A stretch of DNA of 64,000 nucleotides from an uncultured virus (IMG/VR IMGVR_UViG_3300035188_001343) (IMGVR_UViG_3300035188_001343); one strand, 5' to 3'. Counted from the first letter of the stretch, positions 48,215-59,164 are shown. Notes: generated by a model from the letters alone, not told the origin. Numbers and translations: made by a program.

Positions 48215-48613
48215 ATGGGATTATATAGTTCGTTCAACACATCACAATATTATGATGAACCTGTAAAAAGTAAAGCTGTAGTTGATGAAAAACCAGTTGT
48301 ATCATACAAAAAACCACATAGTGCAGATTACGGATTAACTGAACAAAAAAGAAAATCATTATACGCTGAAGCACAACATGCAGCATCTTCAAGAACAGAA
48401 TTTGGAAACATTGATTTTAGAGATTTATATCGAGTGGGACAAATGATAATGGTGCAGAATCCAAATGGTGTTTATAGAACAAAATTAGGAAGAATTATCG
48501 AAATTGTTGCAAGAGATTTAATGTATGTTGGTATGGAAGATTCACATAGAGATGTTAATGGTGCATGGTTAGTTGATTTCGTTTTACCAAAAGATAAAAT
48601 AACCAAAATCTAA
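48215..48613 (+). CDS. hypothetical protein (SH3-like C-terminus possible)
   Basis: YRVGQMIMV...GRIIEI. Confidence 0.55.
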   Translation: MGLYSSFNTSQYYDEPVKSKAVVDEKPVVSYKKPHSADYGLTEQKRKSLYAEAQHAASSRTEFGNIDFRDLYRVGQMIMVQNPNGVYRTKLGRIIEIVARDLMYVGMEDSHRDVNGAWLVDFVLPKDKITKI

Positions 48614-48703
48614 AAAATTGTTTGGTTTTGGAAAAAGTTTGGTATAATGTTAATCACAAAACAAATTAAATAATTTTTAAACATAAATAAAAGAGGATTT
48701 AAA

Positions 48704-48889
48704 ATGACAACAGACGAAACACAAACTTTAATTTTAGGATATGTAAAACTTTCATATATTTTAATGTGGGCAATTAGTATTGCTTTCACTATTTTAACTG
48801 GGTTTTTTATATATTTTGGTTTTGAAGCAATGCAAATTATCAATCACATACCTGATGCATCACATCTTGTGCTTGGTGTAGTAGAATAA
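48704..48889 (+). CDS. small membrane protein
   Basis: GAGGA RBS; one long hydrophobic segment. Confidence 0.55.
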   Translation: MTTDETQTLILGYVKLSYILMWAISIAFTILTGFFIYFGFEAMQIINHIPDASHLVLGVVE

Positions 48890-48991
48890 ATGATGCAAAC
48901 ATTTTCGTAACATTCGTTACACAACAGAAGACCACAGGTCTTTAAATATAACTGAAACAGTCTACAAGACTTTAAACATGGAGAATTAAAA

Positions 48992-49999
48992 ATGGCTATC
49001 AACTTAAGACAAACCGTAAACAAAGATAAATTAAAAGCAAAATTTGAAGCAGAATCACAAGGTGGCATACAAGGTCCAAGTGATTTTCTACCTTATTTCA
49101 AACTAAAAAATAAAGATTCAGTCACTATGCGTTTTCTTTCAGACGCAAATCCAAACAACCAAGATTCATTTACTTATCCGGAAGAAGTATTTAATTTCAA
49201 TGGTAAAAACATGAAATTTGATGGTCTCGCAAAAGATTGCCCAGCATCTAAAATCGCAGCAGATTTATTCGCAGAAGTTAAAGCAGTAGGTGAAGAAACT
49301 GCTGAAGGTAAAGAATTGAGAGAAAAAGCGTTAAAATATTACAAAAAACGTAAATTTTTGGCAAATGTATATATTGTTGATGCACCTGAATATTTTTGGG
49401 TTGAGTCTGGGTTAGATCCTGATAAAATTGAAGATCGGGTTAAAGTTGTTTCGTTACCAAAAAAAGTTCATGATAGTATTAAGGATACTGTAATGGATGA
49501 TGATTTTGCTGATGTAGAATTTTACAATTTTGGTGATGATGTTGTTAATTTCAAACTAACTGTTAAGAAAAATACAGGTGGTTTTAATGATTATTCCTCA
49601 TCTAAATTTGAAATTAAACCAAAAGATTTGGATTTAGATGATGATGCGATTGATATTATCGCAGAAAATTTAAAAGATTTATCTACTATTTTTAAAGCAC
49701 ATTCACTAGCTGAATTTGAAGAAGCCATTGAAATCGAACAAAGTGGTGAAGAAAATGATGATGATGAACCTAAAGCAAAACGTGCTACAAAAAAACCTGC
49801 AGCATTAAAATCTGATGATTATGATGACGAGGATGTCACTGAAACTCCAAAAGTAAAATCCACTAAAAAAGCAGTAGTGGTTGAAGATGATGATGAAGAT
49901 GATGATGAGGATGTCGAACCAGTGGTTGAAGGTAAAAAAGATATTAAATCATTGAGAAGCGGTATTCTAAATAAATTGGCTTTAGATGCTGATGCATAG
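48992..49999 (+). CDS. single-stranded DNA-binding protein (gp32-like)
   Basis: VTMRFL, CP, KKRKFLANVYIV, FKLTVKKNTGGFNDYSSSKF, long acidic C-terminal tail. Confidence 0.8.
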   Translation: MAINLRQTVNKDKLKAKFEAESQGGIQGPSDFLPYFKLKNKDSVTMRFLSDANPNNQDSFTYPEEVFNFNGKNMKFDGLAKDCPASKIAADLFAEVKAVGEETAEGKELREKALKYYKKRKFLANVYIVDAPEYFWVESGLDPDKIEDRVKVVSLPKKVHDSIKDTVMDDDFADVEFYNFGDDVVNFKLTVKKNTGGFNDYSSSKFEIKPKDLDLDDDAIDIIAENLKDLSTIFKAHSLAEFEEAIEIEQSGEENDDDEPKAKRATKKPAALKSDDYDDEDVTETPKVKSTKKAVVVEDDDEDDDEDVEPVVEGKKDIKSLRSGILNKLALDADA

Positions 50000-50020
50000 T
50001 TTTTAATTTTTAGATTAAGG

Positions 50021-50305
50021 GTGTTGATATTAATGCAATCATATAAAGAAGAAAAAGACAGACAATCCGCAGGAATACCACTTTTTACAGATAAAAAAGT
50101 AAAAGATGGTTGGGTTTTAAATCTTGTTAAACAAAATGATGAGTTATTATCAACATCCCTGTATGATCCATCGGGAACTGTTATTGAGAACAAAGTATTT
50201 TTAACTCAAAATGATGTGGATGTTTTACATCTAAAAGAATATATTACATTGTTTGACGATGGTCCAGATAAAAATATTAGGGCTATAACTAAAATTAAAT
50301 CTTGA
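50021..50305 (+). CDS. hypothetical protein
   Basis: ORF only. Confidence 0.5.
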   Translation: MLILMQSYKEEKDRQSAGIPLFTDKKVKDGWVLNLVKQNDELLSTSLYDPSGTVIENKVFLTQNDVDVLHLKEYITLFDDGPDKNIRAITKIKS

Positions 50306-50312
50306 AGAATAG

Positions 50313-50726
50313 GTGATTTTCATGGCTGTAAAACCAAAAAAAACTATTGATTCCACAACTACTGAACCTAATGAAAGAATTAAATTAAAAACGATTTATA
50401 CTTTTGTATTTGGTAGGAACGTTTATACTGTTAGAATGCGAGATATTAAAAAAGTTACACTACTTGGACATAATTTCATTGATGACAGTGAAGGAAAAAA
50501 TGAAGTAACAAAAACATTATACATCTTTTCAGTTGTTGGCGATCAAATACAGGGGCATTCTGAGGAAGATGCTAATGGACATAATAGACCGATGTATGAA
50601 ACTATTATGGAAGTAAAGGCAGAAGAAGATGATTATTCTGCACTTTATAATATATATGAAGATTTAATTATTAAGTGGGATGAATATCAACAATCAGTTA
50701 TATCTACAAATGTTTCCCTAGGTTGA
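50313..50726 (+). CDS. hypothetical protein
   Basis: ORF with AGGTG RBS. Confidence 0.55.
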   Translation: MIFMAVKPKKTIDSTTTEPNERIKLKTIYTFVFGRNVYTVRMRDIKKVTLLGHNFIDDSEGKNEVTKTLYIFSVVGDQIQGHSEEDANGHNRPMYETIMEVKAEEDDYSALYNIYEDLIIKWDEYQQSVISTNVSLG

Positions 50727-51377
50727 TAAAAATTTACTTATTTTTGATTTTGGTAAAGTAAAATGTTTAACTTTTGTAATATCTTCTTCCGAAAATATGT
50801 TAAAACATAAAACTGATCCTGATGTTGTTACATGAGTAAATACGAGTGGATAGGTTTGAATATCAAGACCACTTTTTGAATTTGGTAATGAAAATGATAA
50901 TTGTTCCTTAAAACATTTTTTGGATATATCCTTCCCCTCTAATTCTTCAGTTGAAATAATAACCTTGAATTTATCTAATGTAGTGAATTCGAGGTTATCA
51001 ATTTTGCCACTTAAAACTTTTTTCATATTTTTGAAGTTTTCATCATTAATAGTGATATTGTGAGCATTTAAAATTGATTCAACAATATGCTTATTTTTGA
51101 TTGTGAACGTTAATGTTACAGAATAATCCATGTAATTGTTGGTGGTTACAAAATTTGGAATGATATTATTAGTCTCATCTAATCCATTGAAAAAACTTTT
51201 TAAGTCAACTTCATACTGATAAGTATTATAATATTGTGGTAACTCATTAAACACTTTAGTAAAATATTTAATATATGTAGATTTCAAAATTTTTGAAACT
51301 TTTTTATTTCCTATCAAATAAGATAAAATTTGTGCTTGTATTAATTTGTTGTCCATATTTTGAATTTTTTCAATCAT
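50718..51377 (-). CDS. hypothetical protein
   Basis: 219-aa ORF; AAGGA RBS; TAAATA upstream on the minus strand. Confidence 0.6.
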   Translation of the reverse strand: MIEKIQNMDNKLIQAQILSYLIGNKKVSKILKSTYIKYFTKVFNELPQYYNTYQYEVDLKSFFNGLDETNNIIPNFVTTNNYMDYSVTLTFTIKNKHIVESILNAHNITINDENFKNMKKVLSGKIDNLEFTTLDKFKVIISTEELEGKDISKKCFKEQLSFSLPNSKSGLDIQTYPLVFTHVTTSGSVLCFNIFSEEDITKVKHFTLPKSKISKFLST

Positions 51378-51519
51378 CGATTTTCGTTCCTTAACCGTTG
51401 TAATTTAAAATATTTATGTAATATTTTTACCCATTAATATAATTTTTAATAATTTTTAATAATTTTAAAAAAATAATTGTAAAATATTAAAAATGTAAAC
51501 CTAGTATAGAGATAATAAA

Positions 51520-52143
51520 ATGACAGAGAAAAATGAATTAGAAGGATATAATAATATTTGGTCTATTAAGGACTCAATTATTGACAAAAACAATACAATT
51601 AAAAAAAATGCAATCGGTCTATCAGATGAAGATAAATTGTCGTCAAATATTGATGGTTATATCATCAATCATCATGGTAATCTGGTAGCTAAATTTGGTT
51701 TTTTTGTTGAAACTGCTGGTAAAGATCGAATCGATTTAAAAGTTAGTCCAGATGGTTTCCTTGGTACGATTTACAACAAACCTATTAATATTATTGTTGG
51801 TTACGGACATCCATTGGGTTTTACTGGTATGGTGGATATTACTAAATCTGATATTTTACATTTAGGTCCTGAACAAACTAAAGGTGATCAAATCATTTTT
51901 AGTATCGCAAATGATGAATCTTTAGAAGAGCAAGGGGTCGTTGTTATTATGCGTGATATTGATGTAACTGCCGATCTTTTACCAGATGAAGTGAAAATGG
52001 ATTTTGCAGAATCATTGCGAGAGGCATCAACTCCAGTTACCGATATGAATGAACTGGAAACCTCTTACAATGCGTATATCAAAGAAATGTATAATATTTT
52101 AGGTCAAGCATTTAAAGAACAATCTGGGGAAAATAATGAGTAA
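51520..52143 (+). CDS. hypothetical protein
   Basis: 207-aa ORF. Confidence 0.65.
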   Translation: MTEKNELEGYNNIWSIKDSIIDKNNTIKKNAIGLSDEDKLSSNIDGYIINHHGNLVAKFGFFVETAGKDRIDLKVSPDGFLGTIYNKPINIIVGYGHPLGFTGMVDITKSDILHLGPEQTKGDQIIFSIANDESLEEQGVVVIMRDIDVTADLLPDEVKMDFAESLREASTPVTDMNELETSYNAYIKEMYNILGQAFKEQSGENNE

Positions 52144-52900
52144 AAATAAATTTGTAAGTGACACTATTTTGATTGATGAAGGTATCGACGACAGTAATAT
52201 TGACGTCAGTAAAGTTACAGTTGGTGAGTTAAAAGCTGTATTTTTACCCTATTACATTGATCCAAAATCTTTAGAATTGAAAGTTGTTTTAAAGAGAAAA
52301 ATTATGCCTGGTCAATTTTTAAGAAATGGGAAAAAAATGAGTTTGACTGCTCTAACGGTAACTTTACCTGCAGATGAACCACCATTATCAGTTGAACAAG
52401 CATTTGATAGGTTAAATTTAGATACTAAAATTACAAATTCAACTCCATTTGGTAGTGTTATGCCCGATCCAGAATCATCATCACTAGCCTATGAATTGGT
52501 ATTGGTAAACATTGAACCATTAAATCTGATTAATGAGGAACATGGTATTTTTTACCAACAAATTGGAGAATATGAAATTGGTGTTGCTGATTTTAAAGAT
52601 TTGGTAGAAGGTATCCAAAAGAATGTAATTCAGGATTTAAAAACACGGTTGGTATTGAATGAATTGTATGTTTTGGCACTTGAGGAAGCTCAAAATCCAC
52701 AACAACAATACATTACTGGTGATCCAAATCTTATTGGTGGTGGTGCAAATTTACCACCTGGATTTGGATCACAAACTGAAACAATGCCCACCGCAGATAT
52801 TCCAGAAGAGATAATTAAAGAGAATTCCCAAATGAATTATGGTGCAATGTATTCACAAATCAAAAAAACCACTACTTTTGAAGAAGTAACGAAACCATAA
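52136..52900 (+). CDS. hypothetical protein, possibly degenerate Nudix fold
   Basis: AVFLPY...KVVL and IQDLKT resemble ADP-ribose pyrophosphatase framing, but the Nudix box is absent. Confidence 0.45.
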   Translation: MSKNKFVSDTILIDEGIDDSNIDVSKVTVGELKAVFLPYYIDPKSLELKVVLKRKIMPGQFLRNGKKMSLTALTVTLPADEPPLSVEQAFDRLNLDTKITNSTPFGSVMPDPESSSLAYELVLVNIEPLNLINEEHGIFYQQIGEYEIGVADFKDLVEGIQKNVIQDLKTRLVLNELYVLALEEAQNPQQQYITGDPNLIGGGANLPPGFGSQTETMPTADIPEEIIKENSQMNYGAMYSQIKKTTTFEEVTKP

Positions 52901-53003
52901 TTAAAACTATAATCGGTTTGAGAAAAAAACACTTAAACCGATTTTAAATACTGACCCAAAATAAATAATAATTGAAAAATTATCTCAGAAAAGGAAAATT
53001 TGA

Positions 53004-53654
53004 ATGTTGTTATTATCACTTAATGAAAAAGTCCATGAGTTAAAAAATTTATCAATAGATGAATTGACATCAAAAATTGAATCTTCCAATGAACCATTTT
53101 ATATCGTGGTCTGTGGTTCGGTAGGTTCAGGTAAATCGTTTATTGTTAATAAACATTTACCAAATATCGACACTATCGATCCAGATAAATTTACAATGGA
53201 ATTGGGTGATGGTGTATATAATGAAAAGAATGTTGCTAAATCTATGGCGATGGTAAAAAAAGCTGTCGATGATCGATTAAACAATAAACAATCTTTTTTA
53301 CAACAAGGGACATCTGCAAATTTACAGGCAACTATCAATAAACTTGAGGTTGCCAAAAATAAAGGTTTTATTACTGTGTTACTATATGTGGATACACCAA
53401 TAGATCAAGCAATAAAACAAATAGAAAACCGAGTTTCTACTGGTGGTCATGGTGAAACCATAGATACTAAAAAAGTCGAAAATACATCTGCAGGTGCAAA
53501 ATTAACATTTAGAACTTTAACTGGTGTGGATTTTGATAAAGCGACTGTGGAAGATATAGATCGTGTCGAACAAGCATTAAACAAAACAAAAAAAACAATT
53601 GATGCAGTAAGAAAAAAACTGGATTATTATGTTAAAATAGATAATAAGTATTAA
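53004..53654 (+). CDS. P-loop kinase (zeta-toxin/AAA_33-like)
   Basis: CGSVGSGKS, IDPD, QGT, RVSTGGH. Confidence 0.75.
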   Translation: MLLLSLNEKVHELKNLSIDELTSKIESSNEPFYIVVCGSVGSGKSFIVNKHLPNIDTIDPDKFTMELGDGVYNEKNVAKSMAMVKKAVDDRLNNKQSFLQQGTSANLQATINKLEVAKNKGFITVLLYVDTPIDQAIKQIENRVSTGGHGETIDTKKVENTSAGAKLTFRTLTGVDFDKATVEDIDRVEQALNKTKKTIDAVRKKLDYYVKIDNKY

Positions 53655-53733
53655 AAAAAAATGATATGGATTTTTTTAATCGAAAATCCATATTATCTCC
53701 ATTAAAGATAACTTCACAAAAGAGAGAAAAAAC

Positions 53734-54636
53734 ATGAACATTGATAATGAATTGACCAACTTTATAGCAACCAACAATTTAAACCCAGATAACTTTGAAA
53801 ACACTATTAAAAAAATGCAATATGTTACTTTTTTTAATGATTTCACAATCCAATGTTTGGGTGAACCAGTTAATATGTTTACTACGAAAAAGAACAGATT
53901 TTCGGCTTCTATAATATACTTACCAAACGATTTTCCAAATAAATTGATACCTGAATTTGACCAAGTGACTATATCGAACTTTTATCTTGGTGTTATTTGT
54001 AATGGGACATTGAAATTTAACTTTGATAATTACAACGGATTTTTAAAAGAAATGTTCAATTATCGGATTCAACTCAATAAAGAACTCGCAGTTGAAACCA
54101 ACTTCATAGAAAAGCAACTTTTAAATACTAAAATTTCTACTATCAAACTTTATTTAAACCTTGTTTACGGTATGTTAAACAACTATAATTCAGTAGTCAC
54201 TGTAACACATGAATATGGTCGAGATTATGTAGTGGAAACATCAAAAACCGTTTTATTGAGGTGTGTTTCGTTTCTGCTCAATAAATCAACTCCAATATAT
54301 TATATTGATACTGACGTAATATTTATTCCGTCAAATAAACGGGAAATATTTAATGAGTTAGTAGAGACATTTCACAATACATGTTCTGATATGATTGATA
54401 CAGATATATCATTCCCGTACATCGATGAAAATGAAAAAAGTATGACCGGATTTATATTTGGTCGAAAAAAAATGATTATGGCAAAAAAAGAACACATGTA
54501 TGTTAAAAATGTGGATACTATTGATGATGATGTGATTTTAAATGTTAACAAAAATTTTTTTGGGGCGAAGTATAAAGACATTTTTCCGGAATATGTCGTT
54601 TGGGATTATAAGTATAATGCTAGATTAGATTCATAA
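53734..54636 (+). CDS. stand-alone degenerate family B polymerase palm/fingers protein
   Basis: LKEMFNYR, motif B KLYLNLVYG, motif C YIDTDVIF; no clear motif A. Confidence 0.7.
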   Translation: MNIDNELTNFIATNNLNPDNFENTIKKMQYVTFFNDFTIQCLGEPVNMFTTKKNRFSASIIYLPNDFPNKLIPEFDQVTISNFYLGVICNGTLKFNFDNYNGFLKEMFNYRIQLNKELAVETNFIEKQLLNTKISTIKLYLNLVYGMLNNYNSVVTVTHEYGRDYVVETSKTVLLRCVSFLLNKSTPIYYIDTDVIFIPSNKREIFNELVETFHNTCSDMIDTDISFPYIDENEKSMTGFIFGRKKMIMAKKEHMYVKNVDTIDDDVILNVNKNFFGAKYKDIFPEYVVWDYKYNARLDS

Positions 54637-54704
54637 TATTCTTTTTAGGATTAAAGATGTCGCATAAATAAGTTAAATCAATAAATTAAACGGGATGATA
54701 CGCT

Positions 54705-56069
54705 ATGAAAAAAGAAATAACCCCATCATTATTAGAAGGTGGTAATGCAAGGTACATTAATCGTGAAACTGGTGAAGTTGCTGGTTTTGCAGGTAAAATG
54801 GATTTGAAACAAATTCCTAGAACCAAATTGGTAGATGAAGTTATCAAAGTTTTAGATTCAATCAATACACTGTTTGAAAAAAAATATGATGAAAAACTGT
54901 GGAAAAATTTTGATGTTATTGCGAATGGTAAGGCACTTAATGGTTCTAGTTCGTCGTTATTTAATAAAGATATTACCGATGAAGAATTTGTTGAACACAA
55001 ACCACTAGTAGGTGATATTGATATTACTTTTCCAAATGAATTAATGGGACAATTATGGGAATTATTGAATGACATTGAAGGTAAGAAACTTGGTGATTTT
55101 ACTACTTATTTAGGACATAAAAATTCTAATATGAATCCCGATGCAGCAAAAAATCAAGGTCAAATTAATGCAATTTTTGAAATTAGTGCTGATGGTTACA
55201 AAACAAACGCACAGATAGATTTTGAAGCCTCAGAATATGAAAATCACGAACCAACAAAATGGGCTTCATTTTCACATAATTCAACATGGGAAGATATTAA
55301 AGCTGGGTTTAAAGGAGTTGCCCATAAGTACACATTACTTAACCTTGCAAGAGCTTTATCTAAATTAGATGGGATTTCAGTTATCACTGTAGCAAATGCT
55401 CAAAAAGTTTCTGAACTAACAAAAGATGAATATGAAACTGGTAAACCTGTAAAAATATCAACATCACAGGAATTTGTAAATCCAACTGATTTGGCATTTT
55501 CAGTTGCAAAAGGAATTAGAAGAAAATTTGCACCTGTATTTTTTAAGGATGGCAAAGAACAATTGATTATTGATGGTCGTCCAGTGTTTTACAAAGAAGA
55601 AACATCAAAATCTACTTATATTACTGATTTAGAAATACAATTTGAGATGATCTTCCAAGTAAAACCTAAAGGTTCAGACATGAAAGATTTTGAATCATTT
55701 GTCGGTTTGGTTAAATTACTGAAAAAATACGGTAAAAAAATGGGAAATAGTGTTATTGAAGATTTCTTTATATCATTAACCCAGGAATCTTTATGGGGTG
55801 TTGGACAAAAATTAGAACGTGATAGTGCTGCTGCAGATTATGATATTAAAGATAAAATTATCAGTCATTTGTTTGATGAATTGCCCGAATTAACATCCTT
55901 AAAAAATAATGTTGATAAATTGATTATGGATTATTATGATTTCAATGATAAAGGTGAAATCGTAGATTATAAGGGGAATTCGACTTTAGCAGAAAAATTC
56001 ATTCCATTTGGTAGTAAATTTTCTGCTATTTTTGAAGCTGTTTCTTCAACACCAAGATTAAAAAAATAG
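54705..56069 (+). CDS. putative Pol-beta-like nucleotidyltransferase (late gene)
   Basis: LLEGGNA start, NGSS, VGDIDI (DxD), QIDFE, KGVAHK; TAAATA at 54665. Confidence 0.6.
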   Translation: MKKEITPSLLEGGNARYINRETGEVAGFAGKMDLKQIPRTKLVDEVIKVLDSINTLFEKKYDEKLWKNFDVIANGKALNGSSSSLFNKDITDEEFVEHKPLVGDIDITFPNELMGQLWELLNDIEGKKLGDFTTYLGHKNSNMNPDAAKNQGQINAIFEISADGYKTNAQIDFEASEYENHEPTKWASFSHNSTWEDIKAGFKGVAHKYTLLNLARALSKLDGISVITVANAQKVSELTKDEYETGKPVKISTSQEFVNPTDLAFSVAKGIRRKFAPVFFKDGKEQLIIDGRPVFYKEETSKSTYITDLEIQFEMIFQVKPKGSDMKDFESFVGLVKLLKKYGKKMGNSVIEDFFISLTQESLWGVGQKLERDSAAADYDIKDKIISHLFDELPELTSLKNNVDKLIMDYYDFNDKGEIVDYKGNSTLAEKFIPFGSKFSAIFEAVSSTPRLKK

Positions 56070-56086
56070 CATTTGGGGGTGATACT

Positions 56087-57886
56087 ATGGTTAGAGAAAA
56101 AGTATTGATGGAATTTGCAACATGGGATACGGAACGTCAAATTGCAGAATTACAAGGTTACAGAAACAGTGATTCGGTTGAGTTTTCTGATGAGGATTTT
56201 CACATTATGGAAGTCATTATCAATAATAAAAATTTAGAATTAATAGTTGCATGTGACAATGGAATTTGTGAAATTGTAAATACTGAAAAGTACCATGAAA
56301 GTATCACCCATCAAGATGTAGATATTTTATCGGAAGATCATTCTAATTTTCATGATAATTCATCAACCGATAATGTAGAATTAGAAGAAATTAATGAAAT
56401 TGCAAATGTAGATAAAGCATTTAATTTGGATGAAATCAAAGGAATCCAACTAATTTTTGATACTATATTTGCACGAGTTGGTAAATCCCATAACGATTCT
56501 ACTTCTGAAACCGATACAAGATACATTTATTCAAGTTTAGGAACATTAAAAAAAAGAAAAAGTGATCAACTGGGGGATGATTTATTATTTCATAAAATCC
56601 CACCCAGTGATGATGTCAATATTAAAAGTATCATTACTATGTTTGCCCAAGAAAAAGAAGAGTTGGAATTAAAGTTACAAAAAGCAGAATCAAACCAATC
56701 ATCTCCAAAAGACGTTGCGTTGATAACCAAGTTGCAAAATGAACTAAATAATTTCGATGAAAAGAAAGATTTTGAGTTGGTCGGCATGATCGAAAAAATG
56801 AAAAAAAATGTAGATATAAGTCCTGAAAATAAACGATCAGAATTTTTAAAACATTTATATAACAATGATTATGCGTTGGAAAAAGTTAATTTTGCACTCA
56901 AAGATTTACCCGAACCATCTCGAAACAATATTATAACGGGAATAAAATCTGGGTGGGAGATTTTAAAACAGTTAGAAGAAAATAATCCTGATCTTAAAAA
57001 TTTATCTATGCAGTTGTTTAATCTTAAATTTACTGGAGAGGGTAAAGGTGAAAGATTGATTGAATTTTTATACCCTGATGCAAAAGTTTCTGGTGGATCA
57101 TTATCGTATGATATTGAATTGAATTCACAAAAATATGAAGTAAAAGCTTATCCACCAAACACCGATATAAAATTAGGTAAAGAAGCGAGAGCTACAAATT
57201 TTAATAAGTTACAAGATTTACAATCTATTATCAACGCATTGAGCGTTATTTTTTCTAATGAGACGAATGTACGTATATTAGATGCACAAATTGGTGGTTT
57301 ACAGGATAGTGAGAATGAGGTAGTTAGGTTGAAAAATTCTTTACTTAATCCTGTACCTGGTTCAAAAAATACACTCAGTGACGCATTTTCGACAGGCGAA
57401 ATAAGTAAAACATCAATTGATGTAATGAAAGATGCATTAAAAAATTTTTCAGAAATTGTTGATAAAATAAAAAATAACTCATTTTATTACATGAAAATTT
57501 TTAATAAAAATGACAATACCATTTATAAAGTTGAAACTGGTCCAACTGAAATAAAAGGTGGTGAAGTTGGGTTTACTGCAAAACCATTAGCAAATCCAGA
57601 ATCAGAACAATTTGTGGTTAATACCCTATTGTCAATTATCGATAACACGGTGTTTATGGCTGATCCTGCACAGTATTTAGTTAATACGTTTAAAGAAATT
57701 GAGGACCATATCAATGATTTATTTGAAAAACATCCTATGATTTTGTTGAATGATTCTAATACTAAAAATGACAAATCTGGAAATACTACCACCCAATTAA
57801 ATAGAATTACTGAAATGGATGAGGTGTTGACAAAATTTAAAGTTGTCACCATTACAAGAGGACATGCAGCAGTTCTACCTGTTTAG
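56087..57886 (+). CDS. hypothetical protein with possible PD-(D/E)xK motif
   Basis: GKGE...SYDIELNSQKYEVK. Confidence 0.55.
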   Translation: MVREKVLMEFATWDTERQIAELQGYRNSDSVEFSDEDFHIMEVIINNKNLELIVACDNGICEIVNTEKYHESITHQDVDILSEDHSNFHDNSSTDNVELEEINEIANVDKAFNLDEIKGIQLIFDTIFARVGKSHNDSTSETDTRYIYSSLGTLKKRKSDQLGDDLLFHKIPPSDDVNIKSIITMFAQEKEELELKLQKAESNQSSPKDVALITKLQNELNNFDEKKDFELVGMIEKMKKNVDISPENKRSEFLKHLYNNDYALEKVNFALKDLPEPSRNNIITGIKSGWEILKQLEENNPDLKNLSMQLFNLKFTGEGKGERLIEFLYPDAKVSGGSLSYDIELNSQKYEVKAYPPNTDIKLGKEARATNFNKLQDLQSIINALSVIFSNETNVRILDAQIGGLQDSENEVVRLKNSLLNPVPGSKNTLSDAFSTGEISKTSIDVMKDALKNFSEIVDKIKNNSFYYMKIFNKNDNTIYKVETGPTEIKGGEVGFTAKPLANPESEQFVVNTLLSIIDNTVFMADPAQYLVNTFKEIEDHINDLFEKHPMILLNDSNTKNDKSGNTTTQLNRITEMDEVLTKFKVVTITRGHAAVLPV

Positions 57887-57953
57887 TTTTAAAAAAAGAT
57901 AATAACTATTAAAAAAATTATAAATATATTTAAAATTTTAAAGGTGAATACTT

Positions 57954-58106
57954 ATGAAACTTAGTCAAATGGTTGAAGAACAATATGTTGTGGATGGTTT
58001 CCATGAAGAAGAAAATGTGATGTCTAATTCACATGAATCAAATTTACAGGATGATGTAGAATTATCCACAGAAATAAAAAGATTACAGGATCTAGCGGGG
58101 GTTTAA
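57954..58106 (+). CDS. small acidic late protein (50 aa, not in ORF track)
   Basis: TATAAATA at 57919, AAGGTG RBS, MKLSQMVEE...EIKRLQDLAGV-stop. Confidence 0.65.
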   Translation: MKLSQMVEEQYVVDGFHEEENVMSNSHESNLQDDVELSTEIKRLQDLAGV

Positions 58107-58109
58107 AAT

Positions 58110-59159
58110 ATGATATTATCACAATTGAATTTTACTGTACAATTGTTATTAGAATCTAAGGATATGCTAGATATTTCAATTGAAAACGCGGATAAAGTGA
58201 AAAATAAAGAAAAATTTTTAAATAATACTTATAAGGTAGAAGAAAAATTTGACGGTGTTAAACTTACTATCTGGAGAAATAATGAAGAATGGTCTGATGA
58301 TTATGAAAAAAATTGGGTTGTCGCCTTTAAAAATCAGGTATTGTACGGCTCAGAGTTTGAATCTGTAGATAGAAATAAAACTAAAAAACATTCTGTTGGT
58401 ATTTCTCAATATGCGTTTGTTCATGACCATTTAAAATCCATACATAAAAATACAAAATCAATTCCAAAAAACACTGAAATTTTTTGTGAATTTATCCAAA
58501 ACAAATTAACTACTACTAGAGATTATAAAAATAAACATGGTATGTATATCATTGCTTATTCACCAGCAACAGGTGAAGTTGATGGTGGAATGTTAAAAAC
58601 TAAACCTACTGGATTTTTCCAGGATGATATTGAAAATTACGCAAAAATTCTAAAACTCAATTTACCACCGGTTGTTTTTCAAGGTAAATTGGACAGTGTT
58701 TCAAATATAAGTAAAGGTATTTTGAATGATAAGTTAAAAAATGCATGGGAAAACAACAAGGAGGATTATGAATCGAATCCTTACGAATCTGTTAAGAAAA
58801 CATTTTTGGAATTTGAATCAGAGTTAGGTGGTAAAACTGAAGGGGTAGTTTTACATACCATAGAAGATGGAAAAATATTTAAATTTGTTCAAGATGACCA
58901 ATATAACAAAGATGTACGATTTGCTAAAAAAGTAAAATACCAGTCTAACGATCCTGCAGTTGAATCAGATTATTGGGATACTATTAATAAATTGAGTGGT
59001 TCGATTGTTGATAATTTATCATATGAATTCAGTCATTTGGAATACAAGGATATTTTAAACCAATATAACACACAGATAAATGCTATGTCTGATTCAGAAA
59101 TTGAAAAATTGTTTGCCACTAAATTTAAAGCAATGCGTGATGAAGGGAAAATGGAGTAA
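58110..59159 (+). CDS. ATP-dependent ligase-like nucleotidyltransferase (KxDG family)
   Basis: Motif I EEKFDG, EIFCEF, motif IV TEGVVL, motif V FKFVQ. Confidence 0.7.
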   Translation: MILSQLNFTVQLLLESKDMLDISIENADKVKNKEKFLNNTYKVEEKFDGVKLTIWRNNEEWSDDYEKNWVVAFKNQVLYGSEFESVDRNKTKKHSVGISQYAFVHDHLKSIHKNTKSIPKNTEIFCEFIQNKLTTTRDYKNKHGMYIIAYSPATGEVDGGMLKTKPTGFFQDDIENYAKILKLNLPPVVFQGKLDSVSNISKGILNDKLKNAWENNKEDYESNPYESVKKTFLEFESELGGKTEGVVLHTIEDGKIFKFVQDDQYNKDVRFAKKVKYQSNDPAVESDYWDTINKLSGSIVDNLSYEFSHLEYKDILNQYNTQINAMSDSEIEKLFATKFKAMRDEGKME

Positions 59160-59164
59160 TAATT

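Noticed and set aside
53734..54636. Missing third fragment of the split replicative polymerase
   Set aside because: It overlaps fragment 2 in the first fingers helix and is too short and divergent to supply a full palm and thumb. It is kept as a separate paralogue but not fully excluded.
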